Of a DNA stretch of 64,000 bases, positions 34,296 through 47,919 are shown in pieces. Origin of the DNA: Centroscyllium fabricii (Eukaryota); assembly GCA_051313645.2 (NCBI GenBank), contig JBNRSN020000010.1:11222001-11286000 (forward strand), read 5' to 3'. A model generated the notes under the pieces. The model was not told the DNA's origin. It did no database searches and saw nothing but the letters and a program-made list of their open reading frames with translations. Position 1 is the first letter of the stretch; every line of letters begins with the position of its first letter. A program made the translations under genes and the position numbers.

Positions 34296-37200
34296 CGGGA
34301 GCACAGTGAGGATGTTGGGCAGGTAGCGATATTGGGGTGAATCGCATCTCAAAAGCTCATACTTTCAATATTAGCATCTGGAAACTTGCTCTGTTATCAT
34401 GCAAACCATTCCAACGCTGGATTCAAATCACGTTGTCACATATTGCTGCAGACAGCTATTGGCAAGTATTACTCCTTTTATTATCTACTACCTATTCACA
34501 CTTTATGCCTACGTGCACTTCTTCTCTAACAAACCTAATTTATGTGGTCACATTTCGGTATTAAACTTTCTCCTAATAAAAATTCAGTTTTCCATCTTTT
34601 TACTGTAAACTCCATAAACACATGAAACTATGCCCCGCCAGTGGTGACGCTGTAGTGTCTCAGGTTTACTTATCCACGGTCCTGAGTTTCTCCGGCGGAA
34701 GAAGGTGCAAGAAGCCTCAAAAAAATCAAATTCTCAAATTGCATTAAGATTTAGAATTTAATTATAAGTAATAATATTAAATCAAGGAATTCCATCAGAA
34801 TATGGACAATATATATGACTTAAAAATGGGGAACCAATCGACTTTACACACCCTTATCCAACTAATGTGTGGGAACGGACATTTGTATAGTATAATTTAC
34901 CCATTCAAAAGGAACACTTTAATTCATGAGATGGACTGATTTGTGTCCCTGTTCATACAGTCTCCTTGTATGCATCGATTGCACATCACATCTACCTTTA
35001 TTCATTGGTGGCAAATTCTCACTGGGCACCGTGATCAAATCGCGGAATTTGGAATTCCATCCACAAAGGGGAATCTCCATTGCAATAAACTGAACTCTGA
35101 CTGCACCTGTTGGTCACTCTGATGACCAGCTTCATCGGTTTTGCTCAAGTAGAACTTCAGTTTACCGCCGTGTTTTTCGTTCAGATTTTTACCATCACGT
35201 TCAGTGTCTGTTTACACTGTGCCTGTCCCATCGGATCAAAGAAGACAATGATCATATCGGGCTGTGCACTTGCAGACAGAAAACGAGGGAAAAATCCTGA
35301 AACGTTCACGGTGTTAGAGGTGTATGTTAATAATGCCCAATAGATTTCCACAATGGATGAGTTCATGCTCTGAAAGGTGGGGGGCAAAAGCCTATGAAGG
35401 CAGAAATTTGTTCAGAAGCTCTGCTGCGTCAACTACGCTCAGCCGGGGTTCAGTGGATATTGCAAATTTGCTGAGTGGGCTCTGGGTCTGGGGGTGTTGG
35501 CAATCAGCGACTGCCTCCCATAGTTCCTCCCTGATTATTGACTGCTTGCACGTGCAGGTAGGGTGAGGGGACCGAATAGGCTCCATTGTATTAGATTGCA
35601 GTAAATAAACGCCAGCCCACGCACAGTGACTTGGCTCAAATAAACACACCAGGTACCAGAGGCCAACTACGTCCGTGGAAGGGAATCGGGCAAGAGTTAC
35701 TCTCCAGAATTGAGAAAGCAGCAAAAATATGAACCAAAGAAGATTCCGTTCATGAAGTGTGTGGTAGTGAAATCGTGGCGGTACTGGACTAGCAGCCCAG
35801 AGGTTGAGAATTGCAAACTCTGTGTTGTGAAACAGAATTAAATAATTTGCCGCCACAACATTACCATGGAGACTGCTGGATTATTATAACAAATATTCAC
35901 TAACCTCACTTCAGAGTAGGGAACTTGTCACGCCTACCCAGTCTGGAATACATGCGATCTCAGTGCCACACTATGTGGTAAGACAGGCTCCGCTATACGC
36001 CAGGACGCTCTGAGTGTCCAGTCTTCGCATTCTTTATTGGGAGAAAAGGTGTAGTCCGTCGCTGGTCGTCGATGCGCTTCAAAATTCGTTTCACAGGCCC
36101 TGCAGAACAAGGCAGACTCATAACTGGCTGAACAATCAGCTGTCCGTCTACCGGCGATCGATGTTGGCACCCGGTGTGTATTCCTGAGTGGATGTGGAAT
36201 ATGGGGAATGAGTCTGATTACAAACCAGGCAAACAGAAACACTACCGGAGTGGATTTTCAAATCCAGAAATTATGAAATGTATTATTGCCAACAGAAACT
36301 TAACACGCTCACTGAAATGTCGCCTCGCTTCCCACTTCCTGTTGCACTGAATTTTGTTCGCCCATCACTCCCATCTCCACTTATTCTGCAGAGTCAGTGG
36401 GCTAGGAATTCTCATCCGGCAGTGGAGCAAAGCAAGCGATATCGCATCTGCCGCCCGTTATATGCAGCGCCTGATATTCAGCTGACTGCAATAGAGCTGA
36501 ATATCAGGCACCGCTACAACGGGTGGCCGATGCGATACCGCTCGTTGTTCACCACCGCCCGACCTGAATTTCTAGTCCAAAGAATTTGCTATCCTAATCC
36601 TCGCCCACAGTTCACTCTGCAGCTTTTACCAAACTCGTATTATCAAATTGCTTATAGCTCATCAACTTCTCATTGGCGATCCACCTTGGTTTTTTTTGAT
36701 CTAATATTTAAATAAAAGTATGTATTCGGTTTATGAACCCTATAACTGTTATCTATTGTTGTCTTTGTCTTTATCACTTGAGTTATTTGTCTCTAAACTC
36801 GAAACCATTCGACATTTAGCCGCTGTACAAACGGAAGCTTATTTAATTCTATTTAATAGTGTTTCGGAACAAAGTTTCCCTTTAAATGTTAGCTCTTTAA
36901 GGGGAAGGCTGGACGTTGGTTCATTTCTGAAAGCCGATACAACGAAATAACTTCGAACTCGGACCTTGCTCAGTGGTGTCCAGGCTCTCCACGTCTCCTT
37001 TGTCGCCCGATTTCCTACATACACTGGGTTAAGTATGGCAGTGAAGTTGTTAAGTTTCTGGTCTAGAAATCGAGCAAAAAATTAAGTCCTACCACTGAAG
37101 ATAAGAAGCTCATTCCTTTTTTAACAATCTGGAAATAAATAGTTTGTATTAGTATACATGAGCATAAGGCTGGCGGATTGTCATAAAAACTAACTGGTTC

Positions 37201-37619
37201 ATTAAAACCGTTTAGGGAAGTCAAACTGTCATCCTTACCCGCTCTGACATATACGTAACTCCAGTCCCTCCGCAGTAGGTTTGCCAACTTGCCTCTGTAG
37301 TAAACTAGGAGCGGCTTAGTTATATCACAGAAAATATATCACCAATTTAAGAAGAAAGTTCCCCACCACATTTTCAGGACAACGAAGGATGGGCGATTAG
37401 TGCCAAAGCTGCCGGTCACGCTGACATCCCGGGAAAGAAGATTAAATCCAAATTATAGAAAACTGCCAGGTTTTAATATTGAAATGTGTTCCCAGAAATT
37501 TCCAAATGATCGAGCGCTGGCGTTTATCACACGGTGTGGGTTGATCAGGTCCCGTTCACCCATCAACTGACTTTGTCATTCTTTCCGCAAATGCCTCTAT
37601 TTTATAATTAACAACAATG

Positions 37620-37870
37620 TGTTCAATAAATCCCTCATGTACCTACTCCAGCCCAACAACCCTCCCAAGAACGTTGAGTTCCTTCAATTCCGTCCTCTTT
37701 TGCATCTTCGCTGTTCACTGATCCACTTTTGGCAGCCGTGCCTTCAGCTGTCTGGACCCGAAGCTCTGCAATTCACTTTTTAATCCGCTCCTCCATAAAG
37801 TCACGCCTTAAAAACTATATATTTGATAAAGCTTTTTGGTCATCTATCCGAATATCCCAAATGCTGTACC
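37620..37870 (+). mobile_element. L2-type 3' end
   Basis: ctccagcccaacaaccctcc...ggcagccgtgccttcagctg...ccttaaaaactatatatttga. Confidence 0.6.
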
Positions 37871-38899
37871 GATACCAAATTCCCTCTGAAAACGCTCGGC
37901 TTTAGTCCCATATTCTTCTCTACATTGCATTCCGCCTGTTATTTCCCAGATAATCTCCATTGCGCAGTTTATGATACGGGTAGTTTCTGTCCCTCTATAT
38001 TTGCCCCACTGAGTTTACATTCTCCGGGTATATTCGCCGTGTATTTTATAACCCCTGCTTATTTTAATTTAGTCTCTATTCTCCTGTTTATTTCAATGTA
38101 GATTATATTCCTTGGTTATTCCCATTTGTTTTCAATTTCCCTTATTATTCTCGATTTAGTTCCTATTATACAGTGTAGTTCCCTTTATTGTATACCCCAA
38201 TGTTCATTCAAAACTCTGAGTATTCCCCATACAGTGTCTGTACCCTGTGTTCATCTCGCGTTAAGCACTCCCTCATTACTGCACTGAAATATTAGGCCAG
38301 CAATGTGCTTGAGACGTCGAGTCCTTACACAAACTAACTTCTGTCTCAGAGGTGATGATGTTGACACGGAGCTCCGGCTGAGACGAGGCACCCTTTATTT
38401 CAAACCCAGCTCTTTGATTGGCGATCCCAACATTTTAAGCCTTTGTATTACTCGTCAGATAAAAGCTTTTGTAGCAAAATTTCAATCATCCGATATAGAT
38501 TGGAAATAGCTGCATCAGGACAATAACGAAACTGCATCGCAACATTTTTGCATTGAAGGTGGAGGCCATTCGTGTCATCGTGGCTGCGCTTGCTCCGTGA
38601 ATCTGCAAGCCCTTTAATGCCATTTCACCACCGTTTCCCCATTCCCATATTTTCCATTGTGGAAATATTTATTCCTTTCTTTTTTAAATATATACTGAGT
38701 CTGTGTAACCAACTATTTCTGATCGATCACTCCATATACTAAAAACCACCTGCCTGCTTAAAGCAATTCCAAACCTCTCCCCTCTTTGGTTATAATCGAA
38801 AGCTTCATCCACCAGTGAGAATAGTGTTTCTCCATTCTCCTCGTGACATTCCCACAGAATTCTTTACTGCAAACTGTATTTTGTCTAATGGAGAAAAAC

Positions 38900-39050
38900 A
38901 TCTCTCAATCCATCGATATATCTTTAAATATCTCCATCTGTCCCTCTTTGTGTCTATCTGTCTCTCTCTATTTTATCTGTCTCTCTCCCTCATCGTATCT
39001 CTTTCTCTCTATCTATCTATGTTCCTTCCTCTCTTGTCTCTTTCTCTTTT
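38900..39050. repeat. TC/TCTA-rich low-complexity tract
   Basis: Pyrimidine-rich degenerate microsatellite. Confidence 0.8.
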
Positions 39051-40039
39051 CCAAAAGAGCAACCGTAAAACTTTCTCCGGTAAGCAGATTTAAATCACCT
39101 GTCCATCAACCTACTACTTCAAGCACGTGCCATTCATCTTCCCAGCTTTCATTCGATGCTTCATCTCCAATAAAGCACGTCGTCACTGTTTAACGCTACA
39201 TTGCTTAAAACTGAGAGATCTAATTTCAATATTTAGGAACCATCGAATAGTCTGTAGGACATTCTGCCTGTGTAAGGCTCGTAGTTCAATAGTGAAAACT
39301 CCACTGGACTGAGGGGAGAGAGGATGTGAGTGTTTTCCTTTCTGTTGTCTGTAATACTGACAGACGCTGTGAATTTACCTTCGATCTGATCCAGATATTG
39401 GAACTGCTGGTATAGGTGGAGTGTAGCCTTGCCCTCTGAAAATAAAAACAAATATTAGAGGAAATAAATGATAATTCCTCGTAACTAATTTAAAAAGTTC
39501 CTCGTTGGAGCTGCGTTCAGTTGTATATTTACCTTTGTAGTTCAAAGACACGCAAGTAACAAGAGACAAGATTAACACGGTTGATATTTTTCAGGCGGTC
39601 TCGAACATGCTACAGAAAGTAGCGCCCCTGGATGTTTTCTATATGGGCTTCCAGAAGGCATTAGATCCGTTTTTGAACAAGTGGTTTTAGCAAAAATGAA
39701 AGGGTGTAGAATTGGAGGGAAACATCTGAAATGGCTGGAAATTTGTTTGGAACGAATGTGACCATTATTCCGTTTTGCAACTCTTTCCTGTTTAGTCATT
39801 TGTAGAAACTCCTACAATCTGCTTTCAAATTGCTCGCCAGTTTTCTCTCATTTTAGTATTCACCGTGTTATTAATTGTTGTCAACCTTTGCTGGTTTCTG
39901 AAACTCTCCCAAATCTCAGGCTTGGTATTAGTCTTCGCAACATTATAAACATCTTCTTTCAATCTAATGCTATCCTTAGTTAGCCATGGATAGATCCCTT
40001 TTCCCGTGGACATTTTCCTTCTCAATGGAATGTATTTTT

Positions 40040-40240
40040 GTGGTGCCGTCAGCAATCTTGATTATCCGGTTATTGCTGTGTGTGGCTGTACAGTCATTTG
40101 TAAACAGAGAGCACAGCCGCGGACTGAGTCAGCAGCTTTTTGGCGCTCCGTTGTTGAGGACCAGAGAGGATGAGGTATTGTTCCCTATTTTCACCACTTC
40201 AGGCCTGCCAGACAATAAATCCAGAATCCTGTGGTCGACA
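40040..40240 (-). mobile_element. Rex1/Babar-type RT fragment
   Basis: Reverse strand reads approximately ILDLLSGRPEVVKIGNNTSSSLVLNNGAP...LSPRLCSLFTNDC. Confidence 0.6.
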
Positions 40241-40869
40241 GTTGGTCACGGCCTCGCTCTGCAGAATTCCAGGAAGCGGGTTGATGAAGACAATTGATGA
40301 TGCGCACATTTAGTTTACCATTTGTGCTGTCCGTGTTCCACAGTATTGAGGTGCTATAAACACTGACAACCTCTGCACAGAGGAGAACGGCTGCATCCAG
40401 GCTCCCACATAACTCCCTCCATGTTATTATGGAGCAATCCAGAGCACGCAGGGTGGTTCTCTTCACTTCAATGGGCGATAGAGACCAATGCAGTTTGGTT
40501 GCTCATTGCACAGGATGGCTCAACCAGGGATATATTCAGGAAGACCAGGCTGCAGTGACGCAAACCTTTCCATAATTTCAACAGATCATGAATTGTTACT
40601 GTAAAGCCAACTTCAACCTGATCCCACTGTGTCATTCATCACATCCCCATTACTCTGCCTTCCCTACCCAACTCCTGCACATTCTTACTCACAACAACTT
40701 ACCTTGCACCTCCACCCATCCCCTTCTATCTATATTATCACATCCACATCTCAATAGCCACCCCTCACATTCAACATCACCCAAGTCCAATCATAACAAC
40801 TAACAACACGCACTGGTAGGCAATTGTGTCTTTTGGCCAGTTTTCATATGAAGTTTCTGTTAATGTGGT

Positions 40870-43865
40870 GTCAAACATTGAAATCGTTTTTACATCACTT
40901 TCCATTCTTCCATTTATACTCCAATGCCGTTGCAATGAAGGCCAGCATTCCATTTGACTTTTTGAATACTTGCAGTACCTGTATACTAAGTTTTCGGGTT
41001 TCATTCACAACGACCCCCAGTTCCCTCTTCACTGTGGCAATGTAATCACTGTCTAGTTAAATAATAATTTGTAGTTACATTTTTCCTGCGGACGTGCATA
41101 ACCTCGCACTTTCCCACATTATAATCTATCTGCCAATTGTTTGACCACTCACCTAGCCTGTCTGTATCACATTGCAGATCCCCTGAGCCCTCTGCGCAAC
41201 TTGCTTTCACACCTATCTTTGCATCATCCGCAAACTTGGCTTCATCCCTCTCAGTCCCTGAATCCAAGTCATTAATGTAGATTGTATATAGTTCAGACCC
41301 CAGCACAGATCATTGTATTACCCCACTAATTACAATTTCCCTACTGGAAAATGACCCATTTATCCCAACTCTCTGCTTTCTGTTCGTTAGCCAATTCTCT
41401 ATCCATTATATTACCACCAAATATGTAAGCTCTTATCTTGTGCAGTAAGCTTTTTACGTGGCATCTTAACGAATTTGTTCTGGAAATTTAAGTACACCAC
41501 ATCCACTTGCTCATCTTTGTCTGCCCTGCTCGTTACCTTCGCAAAGAACTACAGCAAGTGCGGTAAACATGATGTCCATTTCATAAAAACATGCTGACTC
41601 TGCATGACTTCATTTTGATTTTACAAATGCCCTGTTCCTGCTTCCTTAAAGAAAGAGTCCAGCAGTTTAACAACGCCAGATTTTAGGCTAACTGGTCCAT
41701 AGTTTTCTGCTTTCTGTCTCCCTCATTTTTTAGTAGGGGTGTTAAATTAGCGGTTTCCAATCCGCTGGGACATCGGCAGTGTCCAGGGATTGTTGGTACA
41801 TTGCAAGCAATGCATCCACTCTCTCTGCAACCAATTAATTTAAGACCTTGGGCTGCAACCCATCTGGTGCAGGGGACTTTTCTTCTTTTAGCCCCATTAT
41901 TTTATCAAGTACTACTTCCTCAGTGATAGTGATTATGTTTACTTCCCCCTCGCTGTGGCCCATTGATTGTCCATTACTGGGATGATATTAGTGTCTTCTC
42001 CCGTGCTGACAGATACAAAATATTTGTTCAGAGGCTCTACCATTTCCCCGTTCCCATTATTAACTCCCCAGTCTCATCCTCTAAGGGACCAAAGTGTTCT
42101 TCCGCTACCCTCCTCCTTTCAATATTCCTGTAGAGGCTCTTACTCTGTTTTTAAATGTTCCTTGCCAGTTTACTCTCATAATTCATCAGCCGTCTCTATA
42201 TTGGGCCCTGTTTTCCAGTGCTCCAGAAGAGCTGCACCCCCACGAAGGGGGGTCAGAAATGCCTCGTGGGGGTGCACCTCGGGTGATTACCAGAAACGTG
42301 AATTTCCTGTGCTGATGGGCAAGGGGCTTCTGCTTCCTACCCAGGAAGACTATGAGCTGCCGATTTCCTGTGGCAGCTGCTCAAAATGCGTGTGTATCAC
42401 GTGGGCAAGTCTCTCTTGAGCTGCACATTTAAAAAGCCGTCTTAGAGGTGCTGCAGGCAGCTTTGAGAAGTGGAGAAACACGTTTAAAGGTAAGTTTTTT
42501 TTGATTCCTTTGCAGATATTTGTCTGCGGTCTTTCAGCTTTTAAATGGGTAGGGTTTTTTTTTGGTGAAAGTGAAAAAAAACTGGGTTTTAACGCGATGT
42601 CAGCAGCTTTGGTGGCCATCACAGCTGCTTAATTCGCGTTAAAAACCCGGTTTTTTTTCACTTTCACCAAAAAAACAACCCTACCCATTTAAATGCTGAA
42701 AGACCACAGACAAATATCTGCAAAGGAATCAAAAAAAAAAATTACCTTTAAACGTGTTTTTTTCACTTCCACCAAAAAAAAACCCAAACAGCAGAAAAGG
42801 CAGAAACTTAAAAAAAACAAGGTGCTTCCTAGAAACTTTAAAAAAACAAGGTGCTCCCTAGAAACTTTTAAAAAACAAGGTGCTTCCTAACCAATATTCT
42901 TTGCCCTGAGGCCGATTCTGTGCTTTGTGCGGGGGAAAGCCGACCTCAGTGGGCGTGGCCTGCTCACAACCTACGCACAAAGCACCTCACACCAAAAAAA
43001 AACAGACCCCTACGCAGCAAAAAAAAACGGCATTTTCCACAGGAAATTGCCGTCAGAAAAAAAGTTAAAATTACGTGCGCGTGCGCCACGGGTGCACGTG
43101 AGCGCGCACCCGCAGCAATCGGGCCACAGGAAAACATGGCCCATTATTTTGTTTTACTCATCCATTGCTGGTTTTTAAATATATCCCAATCATCGGGTAT
43201 CCCACCAATATTGGCAACATTGCCTGCATTCATTTTCAATTTGATATCATCCCTTGCTTCATTAGTTAGCCACGGATGGTGCTCCATTCTTTTTAAATCT
43301 TTTTCTCTCACTGGAATATATTTATGTTGAGAGTTTCGAAATATCTCCTTAACACTCTGCTATTGCATTTCAACTGTCTTACACTTTCATTTATTTTTAC
43401 AATCCAACTTTAGTCTGTTCTGCCGTCATGCAACTGTAATTGCGTTTGTTTAAGATCAGGACACTGCTTTGAGATACAACTTTCTCACGCTACAACTAAA
43501 TTTGAAATTTAACAATGTTATCTTCCTTCTTTCCTAGATGATAGTTTTCTATGAGAAAATGTATTAATTATGTCTCATTACATAGTAGCAGATACAAGAT
43601 AACCTGCTCCCTGATTGGTTCCATTACATAACGTTGTAGGAAACCATCCCGGATCTACTCTATGAACTTGTCCTCATGGCTATCATGGCAAACTTGATTT
43701 GGCCAATCAATATGGAGATTAAAATCACCCATGATCATTACCGCACCTTTTTTACGGGCGTCTATTATTTGTGATTTCTACTCTGTCCAACAGTACTGCA
43801 AAAGTTCGGGAACTTGTAGACTAAAACCACCAGAGACTTTTTCCCGTTATTATTTTTTATCTCCA
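40870..43865 (-). mobile_element. Decayed CR1 ORF2 (continues at 47280-47755), interrupted by a MITE and by a younger CR1
   Basis: LGSELYTIYINDLD...AKFADDAKIG; APE remnant (MGDFNL) near 43720. Confidence 0.85.
42203..43142. mobile_element. PIF/Harbinger-like MITE, 940 bp, with a central palindrome
   Basis: TIRs GGGCCCTGTTTTCCAGTG / CACAGGAAAACATGGCCC; 3-bp TSD ATT (42200-42202 and 43143-43145). Confidence 0.88.
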
Positions 43866-43869
43866 ACCA

Positions 43870-46800
43870 GACCGCAGGGCATCCTGGAGGGGGAGGCCAA
43901 CGAGTCAGAGGTCGTGGTTCACATTGGAACCAACGACAGAGGTAAAAAGTGGATGAGGTCCTGCAGCAGGAATTCAGGGACCTAGGTAAAGGATTAAGAA
44001 GCAGGACCTCAAAGGTTGTAATCTCTGGATTACTCCCTGTGCCACGACCTAGTGAGTACAGGAATAAAAGGACAGAGCAGCTTAATGCGTAGCTGAAGAG
44101 TTGGTGTAGGAGGGAGGGCTTGAGTTTCCTGGATTAATGGGACCGCTTCTGGGGAAGGTGGGACTTGTACAAGTCGGACGGTCTCCACCTTAACCAAAAA
44201 GGGACCAATATCCTTGCGGGGATGTTTACTAGCACTGTTGGGGGGGGGGGTTAAACTAAGTTGGTAGGGCGATGGGATACAGAGGGGAGCACAAATACGG
44301 GGTGATGTGCAGACAAATATAGACGAAAAGATAAGTCAGCTTGGAAGACAGAGCAAATATTTCTCGGCAAAAGGGGTAGGGGAAGGTTAAATGGCATATA
44401 TTTTAATGCAAGGATTCTGGCGAATAAGGGGGATGAATTGAAGGTATTGTTAAACACATGGGAATATGATATTGTTGCCATTACATATACATGGTTGAGG
44501 GAGGGGCAGGAATGGCAGCTTAATATTCCGGGGTATAGAATCTTCAGGCAAAGAGGGAGGGTGGGGGGAACAGCAGGGGGTGTCGCGATATTAATTAAGG
44601 AGTCAATTACTGCTGTAAGAATAGGTGATATATTGGCAGGGTCCTCTAATGAAGCTATTTGGGTGGAAATTAAAAATTAAAGGGTGGAAGCACTTTACTG
44701 GGAGTAAACTACAGACTCCCAAACAGTCAGAGGGAAATAGAGGAACAACTTTGCAGGCAAATCTCGAAGAATTGTGAAAATAATAGGGAAGTAATAGTGG
44801 GGGATTTCAACTTTCCCAATATTGACTGGGATAGCCAAAGTGTGAAGGGCTTAGAGGGTGAAGAATTGTTAAAGTGCATCCAGGAGAGCTTTTTGAGCCA
44901 GTATGTAGGAAGTCCTACAAGGGAGGGGGCGATATTAGACTTAATTCTGGGAAATGAGGACGGGAAAGTGGAAGACGTGTCAGTAGCAGAGCACTTTGGG
45001 GACAGTGACCATAATTCGGTAAAATTTAAGGTAGTAATGGAAAAGGACAACGTTGGACCAGAAATAAAGTTTCTAAATTGGGGCAAGGCTGATTTTAATA
45101 TGATAAGGTTGGAGCTGGTCCAAATGGACTGGAACCAGCTACTCGAAGGAAACTCTGCATTAGAACAGTAGGAGGCGTTCAGAAAGGAAATTGAGAAAGT
45201 GCAAGGGAAACATGTTCCCCTTAAGGTCAAGGGTGGGACCAATAAGCCCAGGGACCATTGGATGTCAAGGGAATTACGTGAATTGATTCGGAAAAAGGGG
45301 GGCTTTCGGCAGACAGAAAGGACTAAAGCCAGAGGAGGCTCTAGAGGATTATAGAAGGTGCAGGGGGTTACTTAAAAAAGAAATTAGGAGAGCAAGGAGG
45401 GCCCATGAGATTACCCTGGCTGGAAAAATAGAGGAAAATCCTAAGATTTTTTATAAATATATTAAGGGCAAGAGGATAACGAGGGAAAGGGTGGGGCCCA
45501 TTAGGGACCAAACTGGGAATCTTTGTGTAGAGCCAGAGGATGTAGGTGGGTTTTTGAATGAATTGTTTGCATCTGTGTTCCCCGTGGAGAAGGGCGATGT
45601 AGACATTGAAATGAGACATAAGGAATGCGATACACGTGATCATATAAGTATTGACAGGGAGGAGGTACTAGCGGCTTTAGCAGGCTTAAAAGTGGATAAG
45701 TCTCCAGCACATGACGAGATGTATCCCAGGCTGCTGGGTGAGCCTAAGGAAGAGATTGCCGTGGCTCTGGCACACATTTTCAGAACCTCTCGGGCCACAG
45801 GGGATGTGCCGGAGGACTGGAGAATGGCCAATGTAGTGCCATTATTCAAGAAAGATAGTAAGGAGAAACCAGGGAATTACAAGCCGGTGATCCTGATATC
45901 AGTGGTGGAGAAATTACTATAAAGAATCCTGAGGGACAACATTAGTCTCCACTTGGAGAGGCAGGGATTAATTAAGGATACTTCACATGGCTTTGTCAAA
46001 GGAAGATTGTGTCTGACTAATTTGATTGTGTTTTTTGAAGGTGTGTCCAAGTGTGTGGATGAGGTAGGTGCAGTGGACGTGGTATACATGGATTTTAGTA
46101 AGGCCTTTGATAAGGTCCCACATAGGAGACTGGTCAAGAAGGTAAGTGCACATTGGCTCCAGGGCACTTTGGCACAGTGAATGAAAAAAATGGCTTAGTG
46201 ACAGGAGGCAGAGTGTGATGGTCGAAGGTTGTTTGTGTGACTGGAAGCCTTTGTCCAGTGGGGTACCGCAGGGATAGGTGTTGGGTCCCTTGCTGTTTGT
46301 AGTCTATATTAATGATTTAGATATTAATGTAAAAGGCATGATCAGTAAGTTTGCAGATGACACAAAACTTGGGGGGTTGGTAAATGCTGTGGAGGAAATC
46401 CGCAACATGCAGGACGACATAGATGAGTTGGTCAGGTTGCCGGAACAGTGGCAAATGGAATTTAATTCTGAAAAGTGTGAGGTGATGCATTTCGGTAGGT
46501 CTAACATGGCAAGGAATACATCATGAATGGTAGGACGCTAGGGAAGGCAGAGGATCAGAGGGACCTTGGTGTGCAGGTGCATAGGTCCCTGAATGCAGCA
46601 GGACAGGTGGATAAGGCGATAAAAAAGGCATATGAGATACTTGCCTTCATTAGCCGAGGCATAGAATATGAGAGCAGGGAGGTTGTGATGGAGCTGTACA
46701 GAACGCTAGTAAGATCACAGCTGGAGTAATGTGTGCAGTTCTGGTCGCCACACTATAGGAAGGATGTAATAGCTTTGGAGATGGTGCAGAGGAGATTCAC

Positions 46801-47278
46801 CAGGATGCTGCCTGGGCTAGGGAGCCTCAGCTATGAAGAGAGACTGAAGTGGCTGGGGTTGTTTTCCTTGGAGCAGAAGAGGCTGAGGGGGGACCCGATT
46901 GTGGTATACAATATTATGAGGGGAATAGATAAGGTGGATGGAATGGAACATCTTCCCTTGTTTGAGGGATCAATAACTAGAGGGCATAATTTTAGGGTAA
47001 GGGGCAGGAGGTATCGTTGTGATGTGAGGAAGTACGTTTTCACACAGAGGGTGGTTGGAGTCTGGAACTCACTGCCTGAGAGGGTGGTAGAGGCGGGAAC
47101 CCTCACAACATTCAAAAATCATTTGGATGAGCACTTCAAATGCCACAGCTTACAAGGCTACGGACCAAATGCGGGAAATGGGACTAGTATAGACTGGAAT
47201 TGATGGCCGGCACGGACGGGATGGGCCGAGGGGCCTCTTTCTGTGCTGTATTACTCTATGACTCTATGACACTATGAC
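43870..47278 (+). mobile_element. CR1 LINE from the ORF1 esterase to the 3' tail, same family as 21650-26492
   Basis: VVVHIGTND; GDFNFPNIDW...ILDLILGN...GDSDHN; HGFVKGRLCLTNL; FADDTKLGG; actctatg-repeat tail. Confidence 0.95.
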
Positions 47279-47798
47279 AAACCGATTCTACATCTTGATC
47301 TCCTGAGCCAATAAAAAATCTCACCACTTTACTGATCCCATCGTTTACCAGCAAAGCCTCCCCACCTCCCTTTCCCTTCGGTCTATCCTTCCAAATTGTG
47401 AGATGCCATGTAATATTCAGTTACCAGCCCTGGTCACCTTCAATCCACATCTCTGTAATGGCGATCAGGTGATACGCACTTGTGCCGTCAACTCATCTGC
47501 CTTGTTACGAATTCTGCACGCATTCATATATAGATCTTTTCAATTTGTATTTTTACCATTACTCCTGTGTGGCCCCATTTTCTGTTGCACTCTTATTTTT
47601 AAACATTCTGTCCGTTCTGTCGTACTCTTGTTGTTACTCCCCCCTTCTATATCCAGCTCTATTGCTCTCTCAGTATACATTGACTTTTTTAAATTTCCGC
47701 TCAACTGGATCCTCCCCACCCCCAACTAGTTAGTTTAAAGCCCTCTCTGCTGCAAGTTTTAGATGTGATATGTGATCTTTAAGTCAGTCTCTCTCTGT

Positions 47799-47837
47799 TC
47801 GCCTGACGAAGGGGCAGAACGCTCCGAAAGCTTGTGA
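47799..47837 (+). ncRNA. Minimal hammerhead motif in a short Penelope-like tail (about 47775-47888)
   Basis: tcgc-CTGACGA-a-GGGGC agaac GCTCC-GAAA-gc-TT-gtga followed by aataaaaccgttggactataatctggtgttgtg. Confidence 0.75.
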
Positions 47838-47919
47838 TTTAAAATAAAACCGTTGGACTATAATCTGGTGTTGTGTGACTTCTTGCAAGTTTTAGAAACA
47901 GCGTAATTCTCCCTCAAAA

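Larger units (their letters stand above)
28583..39433 (-). pseudogene. Multi-exon dynamin/EHD-like P-loop GTPase pseudogene (exons 39379-39433, 35107-35269, 31277-31369, 28583-28725)
   Basis: Spliced translation GKATLHLYQQFQYLDQIE / GAQPDMIIVFFDPMGQAQCKQTLNVM(fs)LNEKHGGKLKFYLSKTDEAGHQSDQQ / RVMMHIV*YLCKRPGLNKSGFVKPTIPDPSR / PKYCVNRIQEV*MTIPNTVKRTVQNTVKHL*DCEL; AG/GT borders (one acceptor apparently mutated) and compatible phases; G4-like SKxD. Matches my recollection of an uncharacterised EHD/sarcalumenin-related fish family. Confidence 0.82.

Noticed and set aside
38800-38880. catccaccagt as the missing GTPase LVDG exon
   Set aside because: Context is a CR1 3' fragment; no DTPG motif or splice sites.
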